Shown here: piece by piece, positions 21,755 to 32,379 of the stretch
Layout: every line of letters starts with the position of its first letter
Numbering within the stretch: the first letter of the stretch is position 1
From: a virus
Strand: one strand, 5' to 3'
Length of the DNA stretch: 64,000 nucleotides
IMG/VR virus record: IMGVR_UViG_3300022752_000057
Location: 7,103-71,102 of that record
Position numbers and translations under genes: made by a program
The notes under the pieces: generated by a model
What the model was told of the DNA's origin: nothing
Databases searched by the model: none
The model's input: the letters and a program-made list of their open reading frames with translations, nothing else

Positions 21755-23230
21755 ATGCCCAATTTGAGCATCCAAAAAATAAACGAAGTATATTTCAGAA
21801 TAACCACAGAACCGCATATTGAACATGAACTTAGAGATAAGTTTACATTTCAAGTAGAATCTGCAAAGTTCATGCCACAATATCGAAGTCGATATTGGAA
21901 TGGAGAAATTCATTTGTTTGATATTCGAACAAAACAAATTTATATTGGGTTGTTGGACAAAATTATTAATTTCTGTGATCAAAACGGATATACTTATAAT
22001 TTTGAGAATAACAAGTTTTATGGCACACCATATGAAGAAAATGAAGAAATATCATATGAGGGTGTTAAAGATTATATGAATTCTATTTGCTCTCACACTC
22101 CAAGAAAATATCAAATTGAGGGAGTATATGATGCTTTAAAGCATAATAGAAAACTATTGATAAGCCCCACTGCGAGTGGCAAATCTCTGATGATTTATTC
22201 AATCGTGAGATATTATGTGAGCAAAGAACAAAAAATCCTTTTAGTTGTCCCAACGACATCTCTTGTAGAGCAGATGTATAAGGATTTTCAAGATTATGGT
22301 TGGGATGCTGAGTCATATTGTCACCGCATTTATTCTGGAAGAGAAAAAAGTAACGATGCTCCGGTGACAATCACAACTTGGCAATCCGTATATAAATTGG
22401 AAAAATCTTTTTTTGATGAATACAACGTTATTATTGGTGATGAAGCTCACTTGTTTAAGAGCAAGTCATTAGTATCTATAATGACAAAACTCCATCATGC
22501 AAAGTATCGTTTTGGATTTACTGGAACTTTAGACGGAACACAAACTCACAAATGGGTTTTAGAAGGTTTGTTTGGACCATCATATAAAATTACAAAAACT
22601 GAAGAATTGATGAGACAGGGACATCTCTCACAATTAGACATTCAGTGTCTTGTTCTTAAACACCCACCTCAGAAGTTTAACACATATGAAGATGAGATAC
22701 AATATCTAATATCTCATGACCAAAGAAATAAATTTATTAAAAATTTGTCATTGGATCTCAAAGGAAACACACTTGTACTTTTTAGTAGAGTTGAGGCACA
22801 TGGAGCAATACTCTATGAAAGCATAAATAACAATAAGCGAAATGATCGTAAAGTATTTTTCATACATGGTGGTATCGATACTGATGAAAGAGAATTAGTT
22901 AGAGAAATTACAGAAAAAGAAACAGATGCAATTATTGTTGCATCATATGGAACTTTCTCTACTGGAATCAATATCAAAAATCTTCATAATGTTATCTTTG
23001 CTTCACCAAGTAAATCAAGAATTAGAAATCTACAATCAATCGGAAGAGTATTAAGAAAAGGACAAAATAAAACTAAAGCAATACTATACGACATATCAGA
23101 TGATTGTACGTATAACTCAAAAAAAAATTATACATTAAATCATTTAATTGAAAGAATCAAAATTTATAATGAAGAAAATTTTAATTATGAAATTATCACC
23201 GTACAACTTAAAAAAAATGATAGAAGATGA
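21755..23230 (+). CDS. uvsW: SF2 helicase UvsW
   Basis: SPTASGKS, DEAH, TGT, QSIGRVLR. Confidence 0.95.
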   Translation: MPNLSIQKINEVYFRITTEPHIEHELRDKFTFQVESAKFMPQYRSRYWNGEIHLFDIRTKQIYIGLLDKIINFCDQNGYTYNFENNKFYGTPYEENEEISYEGVKDYMNSICSHTPRKYQIEGVYDALKHNRKLLISPTASGKSLMIYSIVRYYVSKEQKILLVVPTTSLVEQMYKDFQDYGWDAESYCHRIYSGREKSNDAPVTITTWQSVYKLEKSFFDEYNVIIGDEAHLFKSKSLVSIMTKLHHAKYRFGFTGTLDGTQTHKWVLEGLFGPSYKITKTEELMRQGHLSQLDIQCLVLKHPPQKFNTYEDEIQYLISHDQRNKFIKNLSLDLKGNTLVLFSRVEAHGAILYESINNNKRNDRKVFFIHGGIDTDERELVREITEKETDAIIVASYGTFSTGINIKNLHNVIFASPSKSRIRNLQSIGRVLRKGQNKTKAILYDISDDCTYNSKKNYTLNHLIERIKIYNEENFNYEIITVQLKKNDRR

Positions 23231-23609
23231 TTTTTATGCAACACTTAAATTAAAATCTGGTGAAGAAATATTTGCCAAAGTAGCTGCTTCTGAAGAGGAT
23301 GACAGAACCTTGTTAATTATTACAAATCCAATTGTAATAAATGAAATTAAATCTCGTATTGATGTAGTAGGATATAAATTAGAACCATGGTTAAAAACAA
23401 CAAAAGATGATATGTTTATCATCAATCTTTCTGATGTTATGACTATTTCTGAATCAAATGATATTGAAATGATTCAGATGTATCAATCATTCGTTAGACA
23501 CTCATACAGAGAAAAAAAGAATCAACCAAAACTTAGTCGTCAAATGGGATATATTTCTACAGTTAATGATGCTAAAGAAGTTTTAGAAAAGCTCTTTAAG
23601 AATAGTTAA
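23217..23609 (+). CDS. Conserved hypothetical protein (possible Sm-like fold)
   Basis: LKLKSGEEIFAKV...PW; usual position between uvsW and g55. Confidence 0.7.
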   Translation: MIEDDFYATLKLKSGEEIFAKVAASEEDDRTLLIITNPIVINEIKSRIDVVGYKLEPWLKTTKDDMFIINLSDVMTISESNDIEMIQMYQSFVRHSYREKKNQPKLSRQMGYISTVNDAKEVLEKLFKNS

Positions 23610-23660
23610 GCTATAATCTTTTCAACCTCCACAAAGGTTATTATAGCAAGAATTGAGTTC

Positions 23661-23689
23661 TTGTCAAGCATTAGTAAAAGTGTTATAAT
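23661..23689 (+). promoter_or_regulatory. Sigma70-like promoter for g55
   Basis: TTGTCA-17 nt-TATAAT. Confidence 0.7.
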
Positions 23690-23714
23690 GTCTACATATT
23701 AGTGAAAAGAATTT

Positions 23715-24251
23715 ATGATAACAACGACATTTATGACCAAAAAAAAGAGGTCAGAGCATTATGTTAACAATAAAGAACTTCTAACCGCTATGATAGATTA
23801 TCATAGCAATGTTGAAAATTCTTTTATTCAAAAGTATGGAAGATTACCCACTAAGGATGACCGATCTAAGAAGTGGGATACAAAGCCACCTATTCCAAGA
23901 TATATTGGAGAATGCTTTTTAAAAATTGCAAATCATCTTTCCTTTAAACCAAACTTTGTAAACTACATGTTTAAGGAGGATATGATTTCTGATGGGATTG
24001 AAAACTGCGTTCAGTATATTCATAACTTTGATCCGAATAAGTCATCAAATCCATTTGCTTATTTTACTCAAATTATTCATTATGCTTTTCTCCGTAGAAT
24101 CCAAAGAGAAAAACGCCAATTAGAAATTAAAAATAAAATTCTTGAGCGTTCTGGATACTCAGAAGTATTTGATGACAATTCACTTGACGGAAGTAACTAC
24201 AGCGACTATAATTCAATTAAAGACGCTATTCATAGTAAGTTACGATATTAA
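23715..24251 (+). CDS. g55: Late-transcription sigma factor
   Basis: HYVNNK, YIGECFLKIA, NPFAYFTQI..AFLRRI. Confidence 0.95.
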   Translation: MITTTFMTKKKRSEHYVNNKELLTAMIDYHSNVENSFIQKYGRLPTKDDRSKKWDTKPPIPRYIGECFLKIANHLSFKPNFVNYMFKEDMISDGIENCVQYIHNFDPNKSSNPFAYFTQIIHYAFLRRIQREKRQLEIKNKILERSGYSEVFDDNSLDGSNYSDYNSIKDAIHSKLRY

Positions 24252-25292
24252 ATGAAAGTCGCAATTATTACAGATCAGCATTTCGGTTGTCGTAAAAATT
24301 CTAAACTTTTTCATGATTATTTTTTAAAGTTTTATAACAATGTATTTTTTCCTACTTTAGAAAAAGAAGGAATTACTACAGTCATTGATATGGGAGATAC
24401 TTTTGATAGTCGTAAAGGTATTGATTTTTCTGCTCTGTCGTGGGCAAAAAGTAATTATTACGACAAACTTCAACAGATGGGAATCCAAGTTCACACTATA
24501 GTAGGAAATCATACATCTTATTACAAAAATACTAACGAAGTAAATGCTGTTGATCTTTTACTTCGTGAATATCCTAATGTGATTGTTTATTCCAAACCAA
24601 TAGAAATTAAATTTGATAAACTAAATGTTTTATTCATACCTTGGATTAATCAAGAAAATGAACAGGAAACATTAAAACTTATTCAAAAAACATCATGTAA
24701 ATGTGCAATGGGGCATCTTGAGCTTCAGGGATTTAGAGTCAATGCCCATATTGTTATGGAACATGGATTGGATAGTAAGTTATTTGATAAGTTTGATAGA
24801 GTTTATTCTGGACATTATCATACAAGGTCAACTAACGAAAAAGTTTTCTATCTTGGAAATCCATATGAAATATATTGGAATGATGTAAACGATACTCGTG
24901 GATTTCATATTTTTGATACTGAGACGTTAGTTCATACTCCAGTCAATAATCCATATAAAATGTTTCATAACATTTATTATGAAGATACTCCATATCAAAC
25001 GTTCGATGTTCGTGAATATGAAAATAAAATTGTAAAGTTAATCGTTCGCAAGAAAACTGATCTAAAAAAATTTGAAAAATTTATCGATAAATTATACTCT
25101 GCAAATATAGCAGAACTGAAAGTTGTAGAAAATTTTGTCATCCAAGAATCTGAAGAGTTTGAGGCATTTGAGTCTGAAGATACTCTTTCTATTCTGAATA
25201 GATATATTGAAGAATCTGAAATTAATTTGGAGAAATCAATCATCCAAAAAATGATTCAGCGAATTTATCAGGAGGCATGTGAATTAGTTTAA
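24252..25292 (+). CDS. g47: Recombination endonuclease, Mre11-like subunit
   Basis: DQHFG, GDTFD, GNH, GHYH metallophosphoesterase motifs. Confidence 0.95.
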   Translation: MKVAIITDQHFGCRKNSKLFHDYFLKFYNNVFFPTLEKEGITTVIDMGDTFDSRKGIDFSALSWAKSNYYDKLQQMGIQVHTIVGNHTSYYKNTNEVNAVDLLLREYPNVIVYSKPIEIKFDKLNVLFIPWINQENEQETLKLIQKTSCKCAMGHLELQGFRVNAHIVMEHGLDSKLFDKFDRVYSGHYHTRSTNEKVFYLGNPYEIYWNDVNDTRGFHIFDTETLVHTPVNNPYKMFHNIYYEDTPYQTFDVREYENKIVKLIVRKKTDLKKFEKFIDKLYSANIAELKVVENFVIQESEEFEAFESEDTLSILNRYIEESEINLEKSIIQKMIQRIYQEACELV

Positions 25293-25567
25293 TGTTTATT
25301 CTAACAATCTTAGGTAAAGAAGACGAAGGTGCATATTCTGTCCAAAATGAAGAAGGAGAACAAGTTCTTTATCTCTTTGAGGAAGAGGATGATGCAACTC
25401 GTTATGCTTTGATGTTAGAAGAAGATGATTATCCAGAAATGCATGTTATTGAAGTTGAAGATGATATGATGATTAGAATTTGCGAATCTCATGGATATGA
25501 GTATACTGTAATTACTCCAAATGATATTGTAATTCCTCCAAGAACACAAAAACATGATTACATTTGA
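25292..25567 (+). CDS. Conserved hypothetical acidic protein
   Basis: FEEEDDATRYA, DIVIPP; between g47 and g46. Confidence 0.75.
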   Translation: MFILTILGKEDEGAYSVQNEEGEQVLYLFEEEDDATRYALMLEEDDYPEMHVIEVEDDMMIRICESHGYEYTVITPNDIVIPPRTQKHDYI

Positions 25568-27281
25568 AAAAATTAAGTGGAAAAATTTTCTTTCTACTGG
25601 CAATCAATATACTGAAATTAATTTTCAAAATAACTCTACGACTTTGATTGTCGGTACAAATGGTGCTGGTAAAAGTACGGTTCTGGATGCTCTTACATTT
25701 TCTTTATTTGGAAAACCATTTCGTAGAATTAATAAACCTCAACTGATTAACTCAACGAATGAAAAGGACTGTGTAGTTGAGGTTAATTTTTCAATAGGGC
25801 AGACGAAGTGGAAAGTTATTCGTGGAATTAAACCTAATGTTTTTGAAATTTGGAGAAATGATTCTGCTTTAGATCAATCTGCTGCAACTTTAGATCAGCA
25901 AAAATGGTTAGAGCAAAATGTTCTTAAAATGAATTATAAGTCTTTTACTCAAATTGTAATTTTGGGTAGTAGCACTTTTGTTCCATTTATGCAACTTTCG
26001 GCAGCGCATCGTAGAGAAGTTATTGAAGATTTGCTTGATATTAAAATATTTTCTTCAATGAATACAATCATTAAAGAAAAAATAAGACAGTCCAAAGAAG
26101 ATATTAGAGTTCTGGAATTAAAGAAACAAACTCTCAAAGAAAAAGTTGAGATGCAAAAAAACTTTATTGAGGAACTTGAGAATCGTGGTAATGCCAACAT
26201 AAATGCCAATAAAGAAAAGATTGCCAAGTTAAATGCCGAAATTGACAATTATGAGGCAGATAATGATGCTATAGGATATAGTCTTAAGGGTCATCAAAAA
26301 GATCAAGAAGAACTTATTGGTGCGACTGATAAACTGAAGAAGTTGGGAAATCTCAAAGGTAAAATCTCTCAAAAAGTATCAACAATTACAGAGGAGCATA
26401 AGTTCTTCACAGAGAATACGGTTTGTCCTACCTGCACTCAATCAATAGAAGAAGTCTTTAGAATAAATAAAATTAACGACGCTCAATCTAGAGCAAAAGA
26501 GTTGCAATCTGGTTATCTAGAACTGGAGGGGGCAATTAAAGAGGAAGAAGAGCGAGAGCGTCAATTCATTTCTCTCTCTAAGGAGATTACAAAACTAACA
26601 CATGACATTTCTCAAAACAATACTAAAATCTCTGGATGCCAAAGACAAATCAGAGATTTGGAAAGTGAAATTCAAACACTTACCAATCAACTTGAAAACA
26701 GAAATACTGAACATGAAAAGTTAGAAACATTTAAAACAGATCTCCAAAATACATATGAAGAACTAGCAACTCAAAAAGAGTCTATTCAATATTACGATTT
26801 TACATATAGTTTACTTAAAGACGGTGGAGTTAAAACTAAAATTATCAAGAAGTATCTACCGCTGATAAATCAGCAAGTAAACCGTTATCTCCAGATGATG
26901 GATTTTTATATTAACTTTACTCTTGATGAGGAGTTTAACGAAACCGTCCAATCTCCAATTCACGAAGACTTTTCTTATAGTTCTTTCAGTGAAGGTGAGA
27001 AACAGAGAATTGACCTTGCGCTTCTTTTTACTTGGAGAGAAGTCGCTAAGTTTAAGAATTCAGTTTCCACAAACTTAATGATTTTAGATGAAGTATTTGA
27101 TAGTTCTTTGGACAGCCAAGGAACAGATGAGTTTTTAAAGATTATCCGTTACGTGGTTAAAGATGCTAATATCTTTGTGATTTCTCATAAGTCTGAATTG
27201 CATGACAAATTTGAAAGTGTCATAAGGTTCGAGAAAGTCAAAGGTTTTTCCCGTATGATGTCCTCACAAGCACAAGACTAA
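25554..27281 (+). CDS. g46: Recombination endonuclease, Rad50-like ATPase
   Basis: GTNGAGKST, CPTC hook, FSEGEK, LDEVFD. Confidence 0.96.
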   Translation: MITFEKIKWKNFLSTGNQYTEINFQNNSTTLIVGTNGAGKSTVLDALTFSLFGKPFRRINKPQLINSTNEKDCVVEVNFSIGQTKWKVIRGIKPNVFEIWRNDSALDQSAATLDQQKWLEQNVLKMNYKSFTQIVILGSSTFVPFMQLSAAHRREVIEDLLDIKIFSSMNTIIKEKIRQSKEDIRVLELKKQTLKEKVEMQKNFIEELENRGNANINANKEKIAKLNAEIDNYEADNDAIGYSLKGHQKDQEELIGATDKLKKLGNLKGKISQKVSTITEEHKFFTENTVCPTCTQSIEEVFRINKINDAQSRAKELQSGYLELEGAIKEEEERERQFISLSKEITKLTHDISQNNTKISGCQRQIRDLESEIQTLTNQLENRNTEHEKLETFKTDLQNTYEELATQKESIQYYDFTYSLLKDGGVKTKIIKKYLPLINQQVNRYLQMMDFYINFTLDEEFNETVQSPIHEDFSYSSFSEGEKQRIDLALLFTWREVAKFKNSVSTNLMILDEVFDSSLDSQGTDEFLKIIRYVVKDANIFVISHKSELHDKFESVIRFEKVKGFSRMMSSQAQD

Positions 27282-27427
27282 TGCAAGTCCCCAATCGCTA
27301 CCACCACTCTAAGAAGGAGCAGAAGCGGAAACTGAAACCGCAAGCACTCCGACAAGCAAAGGCACGACGCCAAGCACTCAAGAAGCGTCTCTCACAAGGA
27401 GACGCTTCTTATTTTATAAATAACTAA
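27281..27427 (+). CDS. Small basic hypothetical protein (48 aa)
   Basis: MQVPNRYHHSKKEQKRKLKPQALRQAKARR...; coupled to the g46 stop. Confidence 0.55.
   Translation: MQVPNRYHHSKKEQKRKLKPQALRQAKARRQALKKRLSQGDASYFINN
27380..27415 (+). terminator. Stem-loop/terminator
   Basis: AAGAAGCGTCTC-loop-GAGACGCTTCTT then ATTTT. Confidence 0.65.
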
Positions 27428-27442
27428 AAAGTATTTGTAAAG

Positions 27443-28168
27443 ATGAACTCACAAGAACTTCGTGCCCTTCAAGAAGCTTATAATCAAGTTTATGAACTTG
27501 ATGAAACACGCACAGATCCAAGAGGTCGCCCAGCTTCTGGTCCTATGAGTGTCTATGGTGGTCGTGGTCAAGATGCTGGTCCTGGTGGTTCTGGAAATGC
27601 TAATATTGATAGAATGGATGCTGCTCAAAGAAGAGTGAAGCAAACCCAACCTAAAAAAAAGGGAATGGCTGCTGACAGACTCTTTACAAAGTATTCCGCT
27701 AGACAGAAAGGAATGGAACACGGTGGTGAAGAAGGACCAGGACCAAATGCTCCAAGAAGAGGGGGGCGTTCTGGTCGTGGTGCAAATACTGATAGGGGGA
27801 GTGGAAATGCTGCAGCACGTAGAATGAGAGAAGAGTTTGAAGGTGACCTCTTTGATTTCATTCTTGAGCACCTAGTTGCTGAAGGTTATGCTGATACAAA
27901 TGAGGCAGCTCTTGCTATTATGGCGAATATGAGTGAAGAGTGGAGAGAAGAGATTGTTGATGAAGGATATAAAAAACTTCCTGTAGGCAAAATGATAAAC
28001 CAATCTGCAAGGCATAGCAATCCAAAACGAGTTGCAAAAATGGGCAAGGTCGCTGATGCTCATAATCCTGATAGATCTCAAAGAAAAGAGGACGATAATA
28101 GACGAACAGGAGGACGTAAAAGAGATACTGGAAGACCTAGAAGTAATGAACTTCAGGATAATTGGTAA
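27443..28168 (+). CDS. 'MSEEW'-family cassette protein, copy 1
   Basis: ELRALQEAY leader, Arg/Gly cargo, EGYADTNEAALAIMANMSEEW; TATAAATA at 27415. Confidence 0.8.
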   Translation: MNSQELRALQEAYNQVYELDETRTDPRGRPASGPMSVYGGRGQDAGPGGSGNANIDRMDAAQRRVKQTQPKKKGMAADRLFTKYSARQKGMEHGGEEGPGPNAPRRGGRSGRGANTDRGSGNAAARRMREEFEGDLFDFILEHLVAEGYADTNEAALAIMANMSEEWREEIVDEGYKKLPVGKMINQSARHSNPKRVAKMGKVADAHNPDRSQRKEDDNRRTGGRKRDTGRPRSNELQDNW

Positions 28169-28268
28169 ATTAAAATCTTAATGGTTGAAGACCACTTTTC
28201 AAACTGGCACACTAGAGGGTCTCACCACCCTCTTTTTTTGTATGATAGTTCCATAAGAAATCAAATCT

Positions 28269-30455
28269 ATGACCGTCCGCTACGAAATCAAGTCCCAACT
28301 TGCTAAACTTCTTGCCACTGAAGACCTTGTGGTTGAGCATAAAAAGGTATCCACTGCTTGCTTTAACGTTCATACCCGTGTGCTGACCCTGCCTCTGTGG
28401 GAGAAGGCAAGCAACACCGTTTATGACCTTTTGGTGGGTCACGAGGTCGGTCACGCTCTCTATACGCCTGATGAGGATTGGTTGCAGGAGCACAAGATTC
28501 CACCTCAGTTTGTGAATGTGGTTGAGGATGCTCGTATTGAGAAATTGATGAAGCGTCGTTATGCTGGTCTTGCTAAGACTTTCTTTAATGGTTATCGGGA
28601 ACTTGCCGACGAAGATTTCTTCCAGATTGGTGATGATAATCTGGAAACTTATAATCTTGCCGACCGTGCTAACCTGTGGTTCAAGATTGGAAACTATATT
28701 GATATTCCGATTGAGCGTGGTGAAGAGACTGAAATTATCAACCTGATTGCCGATACTGAATCTTTTGCTGATGTTCTGATTGCTGCAGAGGCACTTTACA
28801 AGTATTGTAAGCAAAAGCAGCAGGAAGAAACCAAAACTTCTTTGGATAATCTTGAATCTCAGCAAAGTGGTGCAGATAATCAACCTGCTTCTGATTTTAG
28901 TAACCAGCAGGAAGGTGAGAATGAACAGGAGCAACCTGGAGAAACTGATTCTTATGGTGGAACTTCCGAACAGGATCAACAATCTACTCCTACTAATCAG
29001 GGTGGTGAGAAGGATGAAGAACCTGAAGTTCGCACCGCAGATTCTTTGGAAGATAAGATTCGTGATTTGGTAAATCAAGATGGTTATGAGAATGTTTATG
29101 TAGAGATTCCCAAAGTTAATCTTGATACTGTAATTGGTAAAAATGTTGATGTTCATAACGACATTGATTCTTGCTTTGCTCAACAACAAAAATCATATGA
29201 GGAAAATCTAAAAAGTAATTACAAACACCTTCCTATTGATAGTTTGTTCTTGGATGCAGACGAAGGGTACAAAAAGTTTAAACTGTCCGCACAGAAAGAG
29301 GTCAATTATCTGGTAAAAGAGTTTGAGTGTCGCAAGGCAGCAGATCAATATGCTCGTGCTTCAACTGCTCGCACTGGTGTTCTTGATACGTCTCGTTTGC
29401 ATTCTTACAAATATAGTGAAGATCTCTTTAAAAAAGTCACTGTAGTTCCTGATGGAAAAAATCATGGACTCGTATTCATTTTGGATTGGAGTGGTTCCAT
29501 GCAGAACGTTTTACTTGATACTTGCAAACAACTTTTTAACCTTATTTGGTTTTGTAAAAAAGTTTCAATTCCCTTTGAGGTCTATGCTTTTACAAATGAG
29601 TGGCGGCGTGGTGAATATGATTATTCAACGGGAACTGTTAAAGCAGCAGATCGAACCTCTCATTATGAAAAGAAAGAGGGATTGATTTGTGTAGATGAAA
29701 CTTTTTCTCTCATGAATCTTCTTACTAGTAAGGTTTCTGGTAAGCAACTTGAGCATCAAATGTTAAATGTCTGGCGTCTTGCAGTATGTTTTTCTAATAC
29801 TTATCGCTCTGCTTATACATATCCTAATCGTCTATGTCTTTCTGGAACTCCTTTGAATGAGGCACTGATTTCTCTTCATCAAATTCTTCCCAAGTTCCAA
29901 AAAGAAAACAAACTTCAAAAAGTTCAGTGCATTGTGCTGACTGATGGTGAAGCAAATTATCTTCCCTATCATGTTGAGGTAAAACTTGGTTGGGAATCTG
30001 AACCTTATCTTGGTGTTCGTGGAGTAAATCCAGATAAAACTTTTCTTCGAGATCGTAAACTTGGAACAACATATACTGTTGGACGTGGATATCATGAGTT
30101 CACTGAGGTTATTCTTCGCAATTTAAAGGACAAGTTTTCTTCAGTAAACTTTATTGGAATTCGTGTTCTTGAGGGACGTAATGTAAACCGTTTTATTAGC
30201 ATGTATCACAAAATTGGTGATAAACAATATGAAAAAATCCAAAATGATTGGAAAAAACTGAGAAGTTTTACCGTTACTAACTCTGGGTATGATGCTTACT
30301 TTGGACTTTCAGCGTCAGCACTTTCTCAAGATACAGAGTTTGATGTTGCTGAAGATGCCACTAAATCTCAAATCAAATCTGCCTTTGTGAAGTCTCTGAA
30401 GACTAAGAAACTCAATAAAAAGGTTTTGGGGGAATTCATTTCACTCGTTGCATAA
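28269..30455 (+). CDS. HEXXH peptidase-like + VWA (CobT-like) protein
   Basis: HEVGH, NVVEDARIE, LDWSGSM MIDAS, GTPL, LTDGE. Confidence 0.85.
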   Translation: MTVRYEIKSQLAKLLATEDLVVEHKKVSTACFNVHTRVLTLPLWEKASNTVYDLLVGHEVGHALYTPDEDWLQEHKIPPQFVNVVEDARIEKLMKRRYAGLAKTFFNGYRELADEDFFQIGDDNLETYNLADRANLWFKIGNYIDIPIERGEETEIINLIADTESFADVLIAAEALYKYCKQKQQEETKTSLDNLESQQSGADNQPASDFSNQQEGENEQEQPGETDSYGGTSEQDQQSTPTNQGGEKDEEPEVRTADSLEDKIRDLVNQDGYENVYVEIPKVNLDTVIGKNVDVHNDIDSCFAQQQKSYEENLKSNYKHLPIDSLFLDADEGYKKFKLSAQKEVNYLVKEFECRKAADQYARASTARTGVLDTSRLHSYKYSEDLFKKVTVVPDGKNHGLVFILDWSGSMQNVLLDTCKQLFNLIWFCKKVSIPFEVYAFTNEWRRGEYDYSTGTVKAADRTSHYEKKEGLICVDETFSLMNLLTSKVSGKQLEHQMLNVWRLAVCFSNTYRSAYTYPNRLCLSGTPLNEALISLHQILPKFQKENKLQKVQCIVLTDGEANYLPYHVEVKLGWESEPYLGVRGVNPDKTFLRDRKLGTTYTVGRGYHEFTEVILRNLKDKFSSVNFIGIRVLEGRNVNRFISMYHKIGDKQYEKIQNDWKKLRSFTVTNSGYDAYFGLSASALSQDTEFDVAEDATKSQIKSAFVKSLKTKKLNKKVLGEFISLVA

Positions 30456-30478
30456 ATATCTAAAAAGTATCTACCAAT

Positions 30479-30991
30479 ATGAAAACTTTTCAAGAGTTTG
30501 TATCTGAATGTCATTCCATTCAAGAGACTTCTCTTACTCGCGTAATGAGTAAGTCTCAAAAAGGTGGAATGGCAATTATGTCTGCTCAAAGAGGAGACAA
30601 ATCAAAAGCAGAAAACAAAGCACGTTCAAGACAACTTGAGAGAGATGTAAGAGGTGCTGGTCTTCCTGGACCTACCAAAGTTTCTGGTAGATATACTGAA
30701 AATCCTGGAACTCCTCAAGAGACAAAGGTAGGTGAAAAATCTCACATCATTACTCCTGGCAAAAAAGGTAAAAGAAAGTTTAAAAAAACAATTGAAAAAC
30801 TTGGTAAAAAATACAATCAAGATTCCGTATTAATTCAGCGTAAACCTGGTGGAAGTTCAACTCTTAAAGGAACTTCTAAAACATCTTGGCCAGGCAAAGG
30901 TAAAAATGTTACAATAGGAAGTATGAAGCCAGGTAGAACTGGTGAATTTGATACTAAAGTTAAGAACAAAACATTTACAGTTGAACAATGA
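30479..30991 (+). CDS. Basic protein with capsid-targeting-like leader
   Basis: MKTFQEFVSE..IQE then Lys-rich body, KYNQDSVL. Confidence 0.75.
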   Translation: MKTFQEFVSECHSIQETSLTRVMSKSQKGGMAIMSAQRGDKSKAENKARSRQLERDVRGAGLPGPTKVSGRYTENPGTPQETKVGEKSHIITPGKKGKRKFKKTIEKLGKKYNQDSVLIQRKPGGSSTLKGTSKTSWPGKGKNVTIGSMKPGRTGEFDTKVKNKTFTVEQ

Positions 30992-31173
30992 AATCTAAAT
31001 TTCCATTTGACCATGTAGTCAAGTATGATACCAAAGAGGTTTGGGTAAAGTGTGATAGTGCAATTACCGCAATGGGTATTCCTGCCATGGTTGAAAGGTA
31101 CTATCCTGGATACAAGGGTCATTGTGGCAGCAAGGAATATCTTGAGACACTCCGAAACCAGTTGGCAAACTGA
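30988..31173 (+). CDS. Hypothetical protein (61 aa)
   Basis: Overlapping ATGA start; plausible ORF. Confidence 0.6.
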   Translation: MKSKFPFDHVVKYDTKEVWVKCDSAITAMGIPAMVERYYPGYKGHCGSKEYLETLRNQLAN

Positions 31174-31238
31174 CCACTAGGGGTCTTTGAGACCCCCTTT
31201 TTGCTTTATAATGACTTCAGTTAAAACAAACACACATT

Positions 31239-32339
31239 ATGTCTCGCATTCAAATGACCGACGATCAAATTATCAACGATTTAAAATCTACCTTTGGTAA
31301 AGAGTTTACTGCTGCTGATGTTCGCGGTTATTGTGTTTCTAAAAATCTTTCCTATCCTACTGTAACCAAACGACTGGAAAACTTTAAAGTAGGTCGTGGT
31401 AAATGGAATCTCGAAGTCACTCAACAAAAAATTCAGCAGATCGAACGCTCTTATCAATCTCCCGCCGTTCTTCCTGTTGTGGAAAAAAACCTTATTCCCG
31501 ATAAAGATGATACCTTCGTCAAGTTTGGTAATTTTAATGATATTAAAAAAATTATTCAGTCCCGTCTTTTTTATCCAACGTTTATTACGGGTCTTTCGGG
31601 TAATGGTAAGACGTTTAGCGTTGAGCAAGCTTGTGCTCAACTGAAACGTGAACTAATTCGTGTTAACATTACTGTCGAAACTGATGAAGACGATCTGATT
31701 GGTGGTTTCCGTCTTGTGAACGGTGAAACTGCTTGGCATAATGGTCCTGTAATTGAGGCACTGGAGCGTGGTGCAATTTTGCTTCTGGATGAGATTGACC
31801 TTGCCTCCAACAAGATTCTTTGCCTACAATCTGTTCTCGAAGGTAAAGGTGTTTTCCTGAAGAAGATTGGTCGCTTCGTGAAACCTTCTGATGGTTTTAA
31901 TGTGATTGCTACTGCAAACACCAAAGGCAAGGGTTCTGATGATGGTCGATTTATCGGCACCAACGTGCTCAATGAGGCGTTCCTGGAGCGGTTCCCTGTG
32001 ACCTTTGAGCAGTCTTATCCTGCTCCTGTTGTTGAGCAGAAGATCCTTGAGGGCATCGCTCTGGATCTTGGAGTTGAGGACCGAGACTTCTGCAAGCGGT
32101 TGGTTGATTGGTCGGACGTGATCCGTAAAACGTTCTACGATGGTGGTATTGAGGAAATTATCAGCACCCGTCGCTTGGTTCATATTATCCGTGCTTATAG
32201 CATCTTTAACGATAAGGCAAAGGCAATCCAAGTATGTGTCAATCGTTTTGATGATGAGACCAAGCAATCATTCTTGGAACTCTATGATAAGATTGATGTT
32301 AACTTCCAACTTCCTGTTGACCAGAAAGACCCTTTCTGA
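31239..32339 (+). CDS. cobS: CobS/MoxR-like AAA+ ATPase
   Basis: GLSGNGKT, LLLDEID, ATANTKGKG, AFLERF, ISTRRL. Confidence 0.9.
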   Translation: MSRIQMTDDQIINDLKSTFGKEFTAADVRGYCVSKNLSYPTVTKRLENFKVGRGKWNLEVTQQKIQQIERSYQSPAVLPVVEKNLIPDKDDTFVKFGNFNDIKKIIQSRLFYPTFITGLSGNGKTFSVEQACAQLKRELIRVNITVETDEDDLIGGFRLVNGETAWHNGPVIEALERGAILLLDEIDLASNKILCLQSVLEGKGVFLKKIGRFVKPSDGFNVIATANTKGKGSDDGRFIGTNVLNEAFLERFPVTFEQSYPAPVVEQKILEGIALDLGVEDRDFCKRLVDWSDVIRKTFYDGGIEEIISTRRLVHIIRAYSIFNDKAKAIQVCVNRFDDETKQSFLELYDKIDVNFQLPVDQKDPF

Positions 32340-32345
32340 TATAAT
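32317..32345 (+). promoter_or_regulatory. Sigma70-like promoter
   Basis: TTGACC-17 nt-TATAAT. Confidence 0.65.
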
Positions 32346-32379
32346 TGGGGAAGGTAAATTATGACCCTTCCCCTTTATT

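Noticed and set aside
28212-29189. 325-aa minus-strand ORF
   Set aside because: Antisense shadow of the peptidase-VWA gene with no recognisable motif.
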